The notes under the pieces were generated by a model. That model was given only the letters and a program-made list of their open reading frames with translations, was not told where the DNA came from and did not search any database. A stretch of 63,520 bases of DNA, counting the filler, from Methanobacteriota archaeon (GTDB lineage Archaea > JACRDV01), in the NCBI GenBank assembly GCA_024860865.1. It is 6 parts of 6 records of this genome, joined end to end, with 100 filler letters (N's around TTAATTAATTAA, not from the genome) between each part and the next. Parts side by side here need not be neighbours in the genome. Positions count along the whole stretch, not along the records: positions 1 to 13,531 come from JACRDV010000081.1; positions 13,632 to 28,519 come from JACRDV010000077.1; 4 more parts are not named here. One strand, written 5' to 3'. How positions within the stretch are numbered: position 1 is the first letter of the stretch; every line of letters begins with the position of its first letter. Both the position numbers and the translations under genes were made by a program. Below are positions 9,694 through 20,099 of the stretch, one piece after another.

Positions 9694-10408
9694 ATCAGGC
9701 ATCATTGGTTTAGATTATATAATTGGAGGCGGCTTCTTCCAATCATCAACTATTCTTATTTCTGGCGGAGCCGGAACTGGCAAAAGCATTTTTGGAATCC
9801 AATTTTTATACAAAGGCGCCATGGAGCACAATGAAAATGGAATCCTTCTAGCTGTTGAAGAGCGACCGCGAGATATCCGGCGTTACATGCTTGGGTTTGG
9901 CTGGGACCTTAAAAAACTTGAAGACCAGAATAAACTTGTAATTATCGATGCCTCAGCTGCGAGGCTTGGAATTCCTAGTGGAGAAAAGTATGTAGAGATG
10001 CGGCCTTTTGAGTTAGATTCTTTAATGAGCACAATAATTAAAATAATAGAAAAAATTCAAGCAAAGCGCCTTGTAATTGATTCTATCCCCTCTCTATTTT
10101 TACAGCAAGAACATGAGCTTGCAATACGAAGAGAGATTCTCAGGCTAGGAGCTCTTTTGTCTGAAACAGGTTGTACTGCAATTTTAACAACTGAGGCAGA
10201 TACACAGGGAAACAAGCTCAGTAAATTTGGAGTGGAAGAATTCATTGCTCAAGGCCTTGTTCTATTGTCCCTGAAAGAGCAAGCTACAGAACTAAAGAGG
10301 AGCTTAATTGTATTGAAAATGAGGGGGACCAAACACAGTACGCGCAGATATCCTTTTGATATCACTCCCAATGGGATAGTTATGCACACCAGCGAAGAAG
10401 CCTATTAA
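9680..10408 (+). CDS. KaiC/RAD55-family single-domain ATPase
   Basis: RIKSGIIGLD, Walker A GGAGTGKS, Walker B RLVIDSI, LKMRGTKH. Confidence 0.9.
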   Translation: MDRIKSGIIGLDYIIGGGFFQSSTILISGGAGTGKSIFGIQFLYKGAMEHNENGILLAVEERPRDIRRYMLGFGWDLKKLEDQNKLVIIDASAARLGIPSGEKYVEMRPFELDSLMSTIIKIIEKIQAKRLVIDSIPSLFLQQEHELAIRREILRLGALLSETGCTAILTTEADTQGNKLSKFGVEEFIAQGLVLLSLKEQATELKRSLIVLKMRGTKHSTRRYPFDITPNGIVMHTSEEAY

Positions 10409-10508
10409 CAGTGATTTTTTTAAGTTTTTATTAAAAGTTATTGCTTATAGAGCTAAGAGAAATTGAAGCAGTTTAGTAATAAAAAAGATTTTGTAACAAG
10501 TTATACAT

Positions 10509-10943
10509 TCAGCCAAAAAGCCACTTGAAAGCCTCAAGATAAGAAATTCCACGCGAGACAGCGCTAACTATGTCATGGGAGCTTACTATCCCTACAAGTT
10601 TTTCGCCTTTGATCACTGGGAGATGTCGCACTCCTTTATTTTTCATAAGCTCTGCTGCTTCTTTTATTGTTGTATTCGGAGAACAAATGATAACTGGGCT
10701 TGACATAGTGTCCTTGACTTTAGCCTCACTAATTTCAATGCCTTTCGCGACAGCTTTGAGGAAATCGCTTTCGGTAACTATGCCTCTGACTTTGTCTTCT
10801 TCTATTACTACTAAAGAACCTATTTTACGTTCAGTCATCAATCTGGCAGCATCACTTAGACTTTTTCCAGGCTCTATTGTAACAACATCTTTTATCATTA
10901 TACTCTCAACAGTATCATATTCATAAACCAAGAGCTCACCCAA
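10509..10943 (-). CDS. CBS-pair domain protein
   Basis: KIGSLVV, GIVTESD, GVRHLPV, GIVSSHD. Confidence 0.9.
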   Translation of the reverse strand: MGELLVYEYDTVESIMIKDVVTIEPGKSLSDAARLMTERKIGSLVVIEEDKVRGIVTESDFLKAVAKGIEISEAKVKDTMSSPVIICSPNTTIKEAAELMKNKGVRHLPVIKGEKLVGIVSSHDIVSAVSRGISYLEAFKWLFG

Positions 10944-11090
10944 TTTTGAATAAGAATACGCGCTAATAAATCTTTTTTCAAAAATTCAAGAGTTCAAAGG
11001 ACCTTAAATGATTTAAAAATCTTAGAGATTCCATCACCATACCAGTATTTATGTGAGCCTAAAATTATCTCTTATTTAAAAATTCCAAAA

Positions 11091-11444
11091 TTATTTTTCT
11101 TGGAAAATTATTTGATTGCCGATTTCTATGCTTGTTTTTTTAATTGTGCCTGCTTGCAGCTCTACAATCCATTTTGCCTCCTGTTTTGGAAAATAAAATC
11201 GCCAAGGTTTGAGCTCTTTAATTAACTCAACTACTCGGCCAGTTCGATCTAAGAATAACACATCAATTGGAAAGAACATGAAAAATGTGTGGATGCCGTT
11301 TTTAGCCTGTAAATGGACCTCAATAACCAAGGCTGTGTCCTTTGGAAATTCCCTTTTAAACATGAGCCCAATCGCTCTAGAAAAGAAAGAGTGCGCAAAA
11401 TTTACTTTTCCAGCCAGCAATATGCCTTTTGTTTCGTTAAACAT
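11091..11444 (-). CDS. DUF192 family protein
   Basis: SRAIGLMF, IHTFFMFFPIDVLFLD, IVELQAG. Confidence 0.85.
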   Translation of the reverse strand: MFNETKGILLAGKVNFAHSFFSRAIGLMFKREFPKDTALVIEVHLQAKNGIHTFFMFFPIDVLFLDRTGRVVELIKELKPWRFYFPKQEAKWIVELQAGTIKKTSIEIGNQIIFQEK

Positions 11445-11492
11445 ACTAAAAAATTAATTTACCCCGAAGCCAATAATTCTTTTGGGATTGCT

Positions 11493-12539
11493 TTGGGAGT
11501 TCAATTAGGGGATCTAATCTCCAAGAAGGTCATTTCTTTTGATTTGCTGAGGGGGAAAATTATAGCGTTGGATGCTTACAATTGTTTGTATCAGTTCTTA
11601 TCGATAATTAGACAGCCAGATGGGACACCGCTCAAGACATCGAATGGTAAAATCACTTCCCATATCTCTGGCTTATTATATAGAACAATCAATCTAATTG
11701 AGCTCGGAGTTAAGCCAACTTATGTTTTTGATGGGGAGCCACACGAGCTCAAATCCTCAACAATTGAAGGGCGCCAAATTATTCGCAGACGGGCGAGAGA
11801 AGAATGGATAAAAGCAATTGAGATTGGAGCACCTGCTGAAGAGATTAGAAGAGTTGCGCAAGCATCTTCAAGGCTTTCTGAAGAGATGATTGAAGAGTCA
11901 AAACAGCTGCTGGAAATTATGGGTGTTCCATGGGTTCAATCGCCCTCTGAAGGCGAGGCACAAGCTGCTTATATGGCAAATAAAGGAACGGTCCACGCTG
12001 CTGGCAGTCAGGACTGGGATAGCATACTCTATGGAGCACCTAGGCTTGTTCGAAATTTGACTATAACTGGAAAAAGAAAGCTACCGAGAAAAAATGTTTG
12101 GGTCGAAGTTGAGCTAGAGCTCATTGAGTTGGAAAAAGTTTTACAAGAGCTCAATTTAACGCGCGAACAACTGGTCGACTTAGCAATTTTAATCGGTACT
12201 GATTATAATCCAGACGGATTGAAAAAAGTTGGGCCGAAAAGAGCACTTGAGTTGGTCCGAAAGTTCGGTTCAATTGAAAAGATGTTAAACGACCCTGAAT
12301 GGGAATCCCGTATTAAGGAGGAAATACTAGCTGACCCTTTGGAGATTCGAGAAATTTTCTTGAAACCAAAAGTTACAGACAAATACAAACTCCAATGGAA
12401 AGAGCCTCAGGCTGAGAAAGTAATTGATTTTTTGTACTCAAAGCGCGAATTCTCTGAAGAAAGAATAAAAAAAGCGTTGGAAAGGCTACAAAAAGCAATG
12501 GTTGAAAGAAAACAAGCGACATTAGAGAGATTCTTTTAA
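11493..12539 (+). CDS. fen: Flap endonuclease 1
   Basis: TTG start giving MGVQLGDL; YQFLSIIRQPDGTPL, SEGEAQAAY, GTDYNPDG, C-terminal PIP box QATLERFF. Confidence 0.96.
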   Translation: MGVQLGDLISKKVISFDLLRGKIIALDAYNCLYQFLSIIRQPDGTPLKTSNGKITSHISGLLYRTINLIELGVKPTYVFDGEPHELKSSTIEGRQIIRRRAREEWIKAIEIGAPAEEIRRVAQASSRLSEEMIEESKQLLEIMGVPWVQSPSEGEAQAAYMANKGTVHAAGSQDWDSILYGAPRLVRNLTITGKRKLPRKNVWVEVELELIELEKVLQELNLTREQLVDLAILIGTDYNPDGLKKVGPKRALELVRKFGSIEKMLNDPEWESRIKEEILADPLEIREIFLKPKVTDKYKLQWKEPQAEKVIDFLYSKREFSEERIKKALERLQKAMVERKQATLERFF

Positions 12540-12552
12540 ACCGGATTAGAAT

Positions 12553-13233
12553 TTATTCGCCCCAGCCATACTCGCCAACCAGCGGAACAAATGCACATGG
12601 CCCACGATTTTTCACATCAAATTTATCCTGGTCCTTTTTAATGGCCACTAGGAGGTCTTGAAGTGTATAGCCTCCCACCGGAATCACTATAATGCCCTCA
12701 ATTTTAAGTTGTTCACACAATGGCTTTGGGATTTCAGGTGCACCAGCTGTCACAAGAATTCTGTCATATGGGGCTTTTTGTTGGTAACCTTTACTCCCAT
12801 CGCTAGCTATTACAGTAACCAGTTTGCCATATCCAGTTAAAGCCAAATTTCTCTTTGCATTTTCAACAAGCTCAGGAATCCTATCGATTGTATAAACATG
12901 CCCTGCTTCTCCAATTATTTCTGCAATGACTGCGGAATGGTACCCTGAACCAGCTCCTATCTCAAGCACTTTCATGCCAGGGTTTAGATTAAGTAGCTCT
13001 GTCATCATTCCAACCATGTGGGGTGCAGAAATCGTTTGACCAGCTCCAATCGGTAGAGGGCGGTCATCGTAAGCATATAGCTTGAGTCTCTCTGGCACAA
13101 AAAGGTGCCTAGGAACTTTTCGCATTGCTTCAATAACTGGTTGCGAAGAGATATAACCAGTATCAATTAGCCTTCGAGTGAGCCTTTCCCGCTCATTCTC
13201 ATAAATGTCTACGGGCAAAATCCTCGCCATCAT
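12553..13233 (-). CDS. pcm: Protein-L-isoaspartate O-methyltransferase
   Basis: VPRHLFVP, GQTISAPHMV, LEIGAGSGY, APYDRILVTA, FVPLVG. Confidence 0.95.
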   Translation of the reverse strand: MMARILPVDIYENERERLTRRLIDTGYISSQPVIEAMRKVPRHLFVPERLKLYAYDDRPLPIGAGQTISAPHMVGMMTELLNLNPGMKVLEIGAGSGYHSAVIAEIIGEAGHVYTIDRIPELVENAKRNLALTGYGKLVTVIASDGSKGYQQKAPYDRILVTAGAPEIPKPLCEQLKIEGIIVIPVGGYTLQDLLVAIKKDQDKFDVKNRGPCAFVPLVGEYGWGE

Positions 13234-13270
13234 AATTCTTTAATGCTTATTTAGATAAAACTTAGGGAAT

Positions 13271-13531
13271 ATGCGCATTATTGAAGTTATACTTGCAAAG
13301 GGGCATCCAAACATAACAGCAAAACACCCTACAACATTTGAAATAACTAAAGACCATGAAATTACCGAAAAAGCAGACTGTGTAGTGGCAATTAAGGCCT
13401 CAAAGGGCGCAAATGACCTAAATCCCAAGTTCAAAACACTGGCTCAAAAACAAAGCGCGAGAATTACCGCTATTTTTGAGGCTAAAGGTTTAAAAGAAAT
13501 AGTAAAAGGCTTTGGACACCCTAAATTATCC
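13271..13531 (+). CDS. DUF371 family protein, truncated by contig end
   Basis: AKGHPNITAKHPTTFEITKD, ADCVVAI, GFGHPKL. Confidence 0.85.
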
Positions 13532-13631
13532 NNNNNNNNNNNNNNNNNNNNNNNNNNNNNNNNNNNNNNNNNNNNTTAATTAATTAANNNNNNNNNNNNN
13601 NNNNNNNNNNNNNNNNNNNNNNNNNNNNNNN
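13532..13631. other. Artificial contig spacer
   Basis: N-run, TTAATTAATTAA six-frame stop, N-run. Confidence 0.99.
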
Positions 13632-13867
13632 AATGGAAAACACAATCAGCACAAGTCTGGCACTTTGCATTCTTGAATTTGTATTCGTGTTATATGATAC
13701 ATATTCAACATTCGTAAAAATAAATATTTTTTTCTTTTCAACTTCCGAATCAATTCGATTTAATTTCGAAAAAAGTCAACTTCTTTTTTTAATTAGAAAA
13801 ATTAAGTCTAAGTCTAAATCAATATTCAAGTCTAAATTAGACCGGAAACAAGGGGGGTTAAGAATTC

Positions 13868-14020
13868 TCAAGGGAAGATGCGGAGCAGAAGTTCATCAAT
13901 TTCATCTTCCGCTGCTCTTTCTTCAGCTTCATCATCCGCTGTATTTTCTTTCTTGAGTCGCTTTTCATTCGCCCTTGGTTGCAACTCTGTTTCTATTTCT
14001 CTTGCCTTTATTTTTATCAT
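13868..14020 (-). CDS. Small acidic hypothetical protein (50 aa)
   Basis: Manual translation MIKIKAREIETELQPRANEKRLKKENTADDEAEERAAEDEIDELLLRIFP; purine-rich, coding-like composition. Confidence 0.45.
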   Translation of the reverse strand: MIKIKAREIETELQPRANEKRLKKENTADDEAEERAAEDEIDELLLRIFP

Positions 14021-14388
14021 AAACTATAGGACAGAGCTTTGAAAGTTAAAGATTAACCCAATAAACCATACAAAAATTACAGTTTTAGTAAAAATTTTTT
14101 GTCATTTTTTAACTCTAAATTAGACTCATAATTAAAACTTATTTCTTAAACCGATAGAATTTAGCCTTCCTACTTTCCTATTTAACTCTAGTTTTCCTTT
14201 TGCTTCTATGATTGTCATAGTTATTAGACAACAAATCTACAATCCATAGAGCACAAGCAAATAAAAATGTATTCGCTTTGTGTTTTGTTATAATTCATAA
14301 TTAAGAAGAAAATTGCATTTGGCTGTAAGATTTCATCCCTGACAAGGGCGAATCCTATAAATGTTTTAATCAAATGGAATAAAAGGAA

Positions 14389-14958
14389 GTGATTAAGATA
14401 AAAGCAAAAAAAGTTGATATTGCACCAGATCTAGCCTATAGGCTTCTTAATCCTAGACATGTTGTTTTAGTTAGTTGTATTGATAAAGCTGGCAAAGCAA
14501 ACATCATAACTTTAGCTTGGTCAATGCCAACGTCGTTTAATCCTCCTTTAGTAGCGATAAGCGTTGCTCCAGAAAGATATTCACATAAATTAATTCAAGA
14601 AACGAAAGAATTCGTTGTAAATGTTCCAACAATCAAAATAATAAAAGAAACTTTATTTTGCGGCAGAAGAAGCGGAAAGAATTACAATAAGTTTAAGGAA
14701 ACTACGTTAACTCCTTTACCGGCAAAAAAAGTAAAACCCCCTATAATCAAAGAATGTATCGCTCATTTAGAATGTAAATTAAGCAACCAAATAGAAACTG
14801 GAGACCACACTATTTTTATCGGAAATATAGTTGCTGCTTACGCAAACGAACGCATTTTCAATGACACTTATCATGTTAAAAAAGTAAAACCAGTTTACCA
14901 TCTTGGGAAAGATGATTTTGTAACAATTAACCCTAAAAAAATTAGACCTCGACTGTGA
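14389..14958 (+). CDS. Flavin reductase-like FMN-binding protein (flavoredoxin family)
   Basis: NIITLAW, PPLVAISV, EFVVNVP, CGRRSG, HLECKL, GDHTIFIG. Confidence 0.9.
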   Translation: MIKIKAKKVDIAPDLAYRLLNPRHVVLVSCIDKAGKANIITLAWSMPTSFNPPLVAISVAPERYSHKLIQETKEFVVNVPTIKIIKETLFCGRRSGKNYNKFKETTLTPLPAKKVKPPIIKECIAHLECKLSNQIETGDHTIFIGNIVAAYANERIFNDTYHVKKVKPVYHLGKDDFVTINPKKIRPRL

Positions 14959-15035
14959 AAGTTCTCTTTGATTTTACAACTTCATTTGAAATTGAGTTTA
15001 AATAGAAGATTTGCCCCTCTTTATTTCAATGGGGC

Positions 15036-15932
15036 ATGACTTTGAAGATATTGATAACTGGGGCTTCAGGCCTTTTGGGTAGCAAGATAGTAGAACTAAA
15101 CAAAGATAGATACGAAATTATCCCAACACATAGCACTCAACCTTTCCACCCAAATTCAGTGAAGATGGATATCATTGTTGGAGAGAATGTTCTCCAGGTC
15201 TTTAATAAATTCAGGCCAAATGTAGTAATACATACTGCAGCTGAAACAAATGTTGATAGATGCGAGAGCTACAAAAATGAGGCTTGGAAAGTTAACGTCG
15301 AAGGGACGAGAAATATAGCAGAAGCTTGTAAAAATGCTAATGCAAAACTGATTTTTATTTCAACGGATTATATTTTTAATGGAGAAAAAGGTCTCTATAA
15401 CGAAGAAGATAAACCCAATCCAATAAACTATTATGGATTAACGAAATTAAAAGGAGAAGAAATAGTAAGAGCACACTGCGAAGATTATATTATCGCACGC
15501 CCAAGCGTTCTGTATGGATGGCACTTAAAGAAAACCAATTATGTCACATGGGTAATAAATTCTCTCAAACAAGGAAAGAGAATAGATGTCGTTGAGGACC
15601 ACTATAATTCTCCAACCTTAGCCGATAATTTAGCCGAAGCCGTGCTAAGAACGATTGAAACTGATGCAAATGGAACATATCACATAGCTGGAAGCGAAAG
15701 AATAAACAGATGCGACTTTGCACTTAAAATAGCAGAAGCATTTAAACTCGATAAAACACTTATAAATTCTATTAAAATGGAAGATCTTAAGGTATGGATT
15801 GCAAAAAGGCCAAAAGATTCTTCTTTAAGTGTAGATAAAGCTCAAAAAGAATTAAAAGTAGGGCTTTTGAATGTTAAGGAAGGGCTAGTGAAAATGAAAA
15901 AAAGGGAAAATTCTGAAAAATGTCATTTATAG
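15036..15932 (+). CDS. rfbD: dTDP-4-dehydrorhamnose reductase
   Basis: GASGLLG, HTAAETNVDRCE, ISTDYIFNG, YGLTK, RPKDSSL. Confidence 0.92.
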   Translation: MTLKILITGASGLLGSKIVELNKDRYEIIPTHSTQPFHPNSVKMDIIVGENVLQVFNKFRPNVVIHTAAETNVDRCESYKNEAWKVNVEGTRNIAEACKNANAKLIFISTDYIFNGEKGLYNEEDKPNPINYYGLTKLKGEEIVRAHCEDYIIARPSVLYGWHLKKTNYVTWVINSLKQGKRIDVVEDHYNSPTLADNLAEAVLRTIETDANGTYHIAGSERINRCDFALKIAEAFKLDKTLINSIKMEDLKVWIAKRPKDSSLSVDKAQKELKVGLLNVKEGLVKMKKRENSEKCHL

Positions 15933-16018
15933 ATTGATTTTTATTTTTTATATATGCTGTTTCCAAAATAAAAGTTAAATTTGTACAAAAAAGATTTCAA
16001 TAAATTAGAGGTCCATCA

Positions 16019-16423
16019 ATGGAAGAGCTTAAAAAATTCTTTAAAGGGCGAAGAGAAGTAATAGCAGCTTACCTCTTTGGCTCAAGGGCTGAGGGTTTTG
16101 AAAGAAAAGAGAGCGATTATGATATAGCTATTTTATTGGATGAGAAAGCTTTACAGATAGATCTTTTTGGTTATCGTCTTAGAATGATGAGTGAGCTATC
16201 AGACTTCCTAAAAAAAGATGTAGAGCTTATTATTCTCAATAATGCTCCACTATTTTTGGCTTCTCAAATAATATCTAAAGGTAAGATACTTCACGATAAA
16301 GACCCTGATAAAAGAGCTTTTTTCGAAATGAAACTGATGAGTAGATTCTATGATTACAAGAAAATAATGCACCAATATTTAGAAAACTTTAGGGAGAGAG
16401 TGTTAGAAGAGGGTTTGGGTTGA
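16019..16423 (+). CDS. MNT (minimal nucleotidyltransferase) antitoxin, MntA type
   Basis: YLFGSRAEG...SDYDIAI (GSx10DxD). Confidence 0.88.
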   Translation: MEELKKFFKGRREVIAAYLFGSRAEGFERKESDYDIAILLDEKALQIDLFGYRLRMMSELSDFLKKDVELIILNNAPLFLASQIISKGKILHDKDPDKRAFFEMKLMSRFYDYKKIMHQYLENFRERVLEEGLG

Positions 16424-16646
16424 TAGACAAAGACGTAATAGGAGTTAGGCTGGACAAGCTTAATTACTACGTAAGAGAGTTAAAAAACTAAGAAAGTTAG
16501 ACATGGTACCTCTTAGAAATATTTTGGTTCATGGATATCTTGAAGTTAATCAAGAAGAAGTTTATTCTTTTTTACAGAAGAGGTTAAAAGAATTTGATGC
16601 CTTTGCCAAAGCTATATTAATTTTTTTAAAGCAACTTAAAAGTTGA
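16420..16646 (+). pseudogene. HEPN/DUF86 toxin remnant with frameshift and internal deletion
   Basis: MIDKDVIGVRLDKLNYYVRELKN* followed in another frame by LRNILVHGYLEVNQEEV (Rx4H-x-Y); far shorter than a full HEPN toxin. Confidence 0.8.
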
Positions 16647-16761
16647 CTAAAAGAAAATTCTCTATGTAAGATATTATTTTTTATTTCTTAAGAAAAATTA
16701 TGAATTTTTAAGAAGAAAATATCTCTTAATGGACTAGAATCTTTAGTTAGAGGTTTAACTT

Positions 16762-18138
16762 GTGGTTGATTTAGAAGGACTAACTCGCAAAAAACTAAAA
16801 GATGGTTTTAGTGATGAACAAATTCTAAAATTGCTAGCTGAAACTATTCGCGACTATAAAAAAATTTCACCTGAAAAAGCGAATTTCTTTGCTAAAGCTG
16901 TTTTTGACGAAATAAAAACAACTCTTAAAACTCAGTCGATAACCGATCACTTTCTGAAAGAGCTGATAGAATATCCAAAAGCGAACATTTCAATGGGTGA
17001 AATTGGCGTTGGATCTCGTGGCGAAGGCGATTTTTTCATTCACAAAAAGATTGCAGAAATTGTTAAAGAAACTAAATCCACAGTAGTTGGGCCAAGAGCT
17101 CAAGATGATGCAGGTGTTGTAAGAGCAGACCCATATTATATTGCAGTAACAGTTGATGGCACTCACTCTAGATTAAGCGAATATCCTTTTTTAGCCGGAT
17201 TTCATGTTGCCCGCGCTGCTCTAAGGGACATATATGTTATGGGTGGTAATCCAATCGCAATGTTAACTGATTTGCACCTGGCTGACGATGGTGATGTTGG
17301 AAAACTCTTTGACTTTACAGCTGGAGTTTGTACAATCTCAGAGTTAACTGATATACCGCTTGCTGCCGGGAGCACGTTGCGCGTGGGTGGCGACTTAGTG
17401 CTTGGTGACCGGATGGTGAGTTGTGTTGGAGCAGTTGGAGTTATTAATGGCAGGCCAACAGCTCGAAAAAATGCCGAACCTAAAGATGTTATATTGATGA
17501 CAGAAGGTGCTGGAGGAGGAACTATCACAACAACTGCAATTTATAATGGTTATTTCGATGTTGTTAAAGAAACTCTTAATATTAATTTCATTCAAGCTTG
17601 TCAAGCTCTACTCCAAGCAAATTTGCTAAATCAAATTCATGCTATGGCAGATGTGACCAATGGAGGGCTTCGCGGTGATGCTTGGGAAATTTCGAGAAGT
17701 GCTAATGTCAAACTTACTTTCAATGAAAAAGCGATCAAAAGTGTTGTTAATAAAAAAGTTCTAAAAATGCTAGAAAGCCTTAAGATAGATTACTTAGGTG
17801 TTTCATTGGATGCTCTTCTATTGATAGCTCCAAAATCAATTGCTGACTATGTAAAAACAATTATTGAACGAACTGGAATTAAAGTTGCTGAAATCGGTAA
17901 CGTTGAGAAAGGTCCAGCTGGAGCAATTTTATTTTCTCAAAATACTAAAAAAGAACTTACACCTCTATTTAGAGAGGCAGCATATACTAAAATTAAAAAG
18001 GCCATCGGAGAAAAAAAACCGCCAAATTTTGAAAAAATGAAGAAAAATGTCGAGAAAGCTTTAAGAGTTGCTTTAGAGAAAAAAGATAATACAATTGCCT
18101 GGATTAAAGCTCATAATGCCGAAAAATTCAAAGGTTAA
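16762..18138 (+). CDS. AIR synthase (PurM/HypE)-related archaeal protein
   Basis: GVGSRGEGDFFIH, DDAGVV, DGTHSRLS, AALRDIYVMG, MADVTNGGLRGD. Confidence 0.8.
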   Translation: MVDLEGLTRKKLKDGFSDEQILKLLAETIRDYKKISPEKANFFAKAVFDEIKTTLKTQSITDHFLKELIEYPKANISMGEIGVGSRGEGDFFIHKKIAEIVKETKSTVVGPRAQDDAGVVRADPYYIAVTVDGTHSRLSEYPFLAGFHVARAALRDIYVMGGNPIAMLTDLHLADDGDVGKLFDFTAGVCTISELTDIPLAAGSTLRVGGDLVLGDRMVSCVGAVGVINGRPTARKNAEPKDVILMTEGAGGGTITTTAIYNGYFDVVKETLNINFIQACQALLQANLLNQIHAMADVTNGGLRGDAWEISRSANVKLTFNEKAIKSVVNKKVLKMLESLKIDYLGVSLDALLLIAPKSIADYVKTIIERTGIKVAEIGNVEKGPAGAILFSQNTKKELTPLFREAAYTKIKKAIGEKKPPNFEKMKKNVEKALRVALEKKDNTIAWIKAHNAEKFKG

Positions 18139-18173
18139 TTCTCCTAAATTAAATTTTCTCGGAGGACTCTCTC

Positions 18174-19061
18174 TTGAAAGTATTTAAGGGAACTGTTAGA
18201 GTTAAACGAGGATTCTGCCAAATGACCAAAGGCGGTGTAATAATGGATGTCATAAATGGCGAACAGGCTGGAATCGCAGAGGATGCTGGAGCAGTTGCGG
18301 TTATGGCACTGGAGCGAGTACCAGCGGATATCAGAGCAGCCGGTGGAGTAGCTAGAATGGCTGACCCAATTAAAGTTCAAGAAGTCATGGATGCGGTGAC
18401 AATACCAGTTATGGCAAAAGTTAGAATTGGTCATTTTGTTGAAGCTCAAATTCTAGAAGCGCTTGGGGTAGATACTCTTGATGAGAGTGAAGTTTTGACT
18501 CCAGCAGATGAAGAGCATCATATTGACAAATGGAAGTTTAAAGTTCCTTTTGTTTGCGGTGCTCGAGATTTAGGTGAGGCTTTGAGGAGGATTGGTGAAG
18601 GAGCATCGATGATAAGAACAAAAGGTGAAGCTGGAACTGGAAATGTTGTTGAAGCTGTTAGGCATATGCGCCTTATCATAGGAACAATCCGAAAACTTCA
18701 GAATATGCTTGAAGAGGAGTTGATGTCCACCTCAAAAGAGTTGGGTGCTCCTTATGAGCTTGTTGTTGAGACTGCTAAATTAGGTAGATTGCCTGTTGTT
18801 AATTTCGCTGCAGGTGGAATTGCAACCCCAGCTGATGCTGCAATGATGATGCAACTTGGAGCTGATGGTGTTTTTGTCGGCTCTGGAATTTTTAAATCGT
18901 CTAATCCTTCTATTCGAGCTGAAGCAATAGTTGATGCTGTCGCTCATTTTGATGACCCGAAAGTACTGGCTGAGGTATCGAAGAACTTAGGTGAGCCGAT
19001 GCGAGGTATCGATATTCGAACTCTTGCAAAGGAGGAGCTTTTACAAACAAGAGGTAGATAA
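18174..19061 (+). CDS. pdxS: Pyridoxal 5'-phosphate synthase subunit PdxS
   Basis: [42 protein letters not shown]. Confidence 0.97.
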   Translation: MKVFKGTVRVKRGFCQMTKGGVIMDVINGEQAGIAEDAGAVAVMALERVPADIRAAGGVARMADPIKVQEVMDAVTIPVMAKVRIGHFVEAQILEALGVDTLDESEVLTPADEEHHIDKWKFKVPFVCGARDLGEALRRIGEGASMIRTKGEAGTGNVVEAVRHMRLIIGTIRKLQNMLEEELMSTSKELGAPYELVVETAKLGRLPVVNFAAGGIATPADAAMMMQLGADGVFVGSGIFKSSNPSIRAEAIVDAVAHFDDPKVLAEVSKNLGEPMRGIDIRTLAKEELLQTRGR

Positions 19062-19241
19062 ATGTCAATTAAAGAAGAATTTGATATTGAAGAAGAGTTT
19101 AGGAAAATAGATGAATTAACTGGAAAAAAATGGGACAAGCCACTCTTTTATCTTTCTTTAGCTCTTTTTATAGCTGCGATAATTCTTTTAATTTTTGAAA
19201 TAATAAGATTGCTTAGAGGAGAGAACTTGGCAGTTTATTAA
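19062..19241 (+). CDS. Small single-TM membrane protein (59 aa), missing from the ORF track
   Basis: MSIKEEFDIEEEFRKIDELTGKKWDKPLFYLSLALFIAAIILLIFEIIRLLRGENLAVY; ATG abuts the pdxS stop, GAGGT upstream. Confidence 0.65.
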   Translation: MSIKEEFDIEEEFRKIDELTGKKWDKPLFYLSLALFIAAIILLIFEIIRLLRGENLAVY

Positions 19242-19277
19242 AAGAAATACGCGACCTCCTCAAAATGAAGTGAAACT

Positions 19278-19871
19278 ATGAAAATTGGAGTTATCGGATT
19301 ACAAGGAGACATTGCTGAGCACATTAGTGCAGTTCATAAAGCCATGAGAGAAGAAAATATTTCAGGCGAAGTAGTGTGGATTAGGAAAGCAGAGCAAATC
19401 AACGGATTGGATCGAATTATTTTGCCAGGTGGAGAAAGCACAACAATCGGAAAACTGATTGTTAAAGCAGGAATCGATGTTGCTTTGCGCGAAGTTGCAC
19501 AGAAAGGCACACCAATTATGGGCACTTGTGCTGGCTTGGTTCTATTAGCCAACGAAGGCGATGACCATGTAGTAAAAACAGGCCAGGTTTTGTTAGGGCT
19601 AATGGACATTAAAATCAAAAGAAATGCATTTGGGAGGCAACCAGAGTCATTTGAAACCGATTTGGATATCTCAGAGCTAGGAAGCAGACCTTTTAGGGGT
19701 GTTTTCATCCGCGCTCCAGCAATTGAAAAAGCGGGAAAGAATGTGCAAATTTTAGCCAAATTTGAAGACAAAATTGTTGCTGCACGGCAAAAAAACCTAC
19801 TTGTTACCTCCTTTCATCCAGAATTAACAGATGATACGCGATTTCATTCTTATTTTTTGAGATTGCACTAA
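19278..19871 (+). CDS. pdxT: PLP synthase glutaminase subunit PdxT
   Basis: LQGDIAEH, PGGESTT, GTCAG, RNAFGRQ, FIRAP, FHPEL. Confidence 0.97.
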   Translation: MKIGVIGLQGDIAEHISAVHKAMREENISGEVVWIRKAEQINGLDRIILPGGESTTIGKLIVKAGIDVALREVAQKGTPIMGTCAGLVLLANEGDDHVVKTGQVLLGLMDIKIKRNAFGRQPESFETDLDISELGSRPFRGVFIRAPAIEKAGKNVQILAKFEDKIVAARQKNLLVTSFHPELTDDTRFHSYFLRLH

Positions 19872-20099
19872 ACTTCATTCCAGTTGTAAACATGCCGTCA
19901 AATCAAATAGACTGTTAGAATTCTTTCTTTAAAAAAATTCGAATATAACTATATTATTATTATTAATAAGGCAAAATTTTAGAAATATCGAGCTGCACAA
20001 AATCTCATAGTTCGATAATAGAAAGGCGGAATTTTTAATTTAGTTTTTGTTTTTTCTTAGCACTTTTTTGCTCATTAAAAGAGACCTCTTTAAATTCTT

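Noticed and set aside
11313-11492. 60-aa N-terminal extension of FEN1 in the ORF track
   Set aside because: It overlaps the divergent DUF192 gene; the conserved FEN1 start MGV corresponds to TTG 11493.
13532-13631. TTAATTAATTAA flanked by N-runs, recurring five times
   Set aside because: Artificial contig linker, not a biological repeat; ORFs running into it are truncated.
13633-13956. 107-aa ORF at the start of contig 2, whose first 12 nt (ATGGAAAACACA) match the end of contig 3 (about 53036-53047)
   Set aside because: The ORF has non-coding-like composition, and a 12-nt match with a mismatched preceding base is too short to infer a join.
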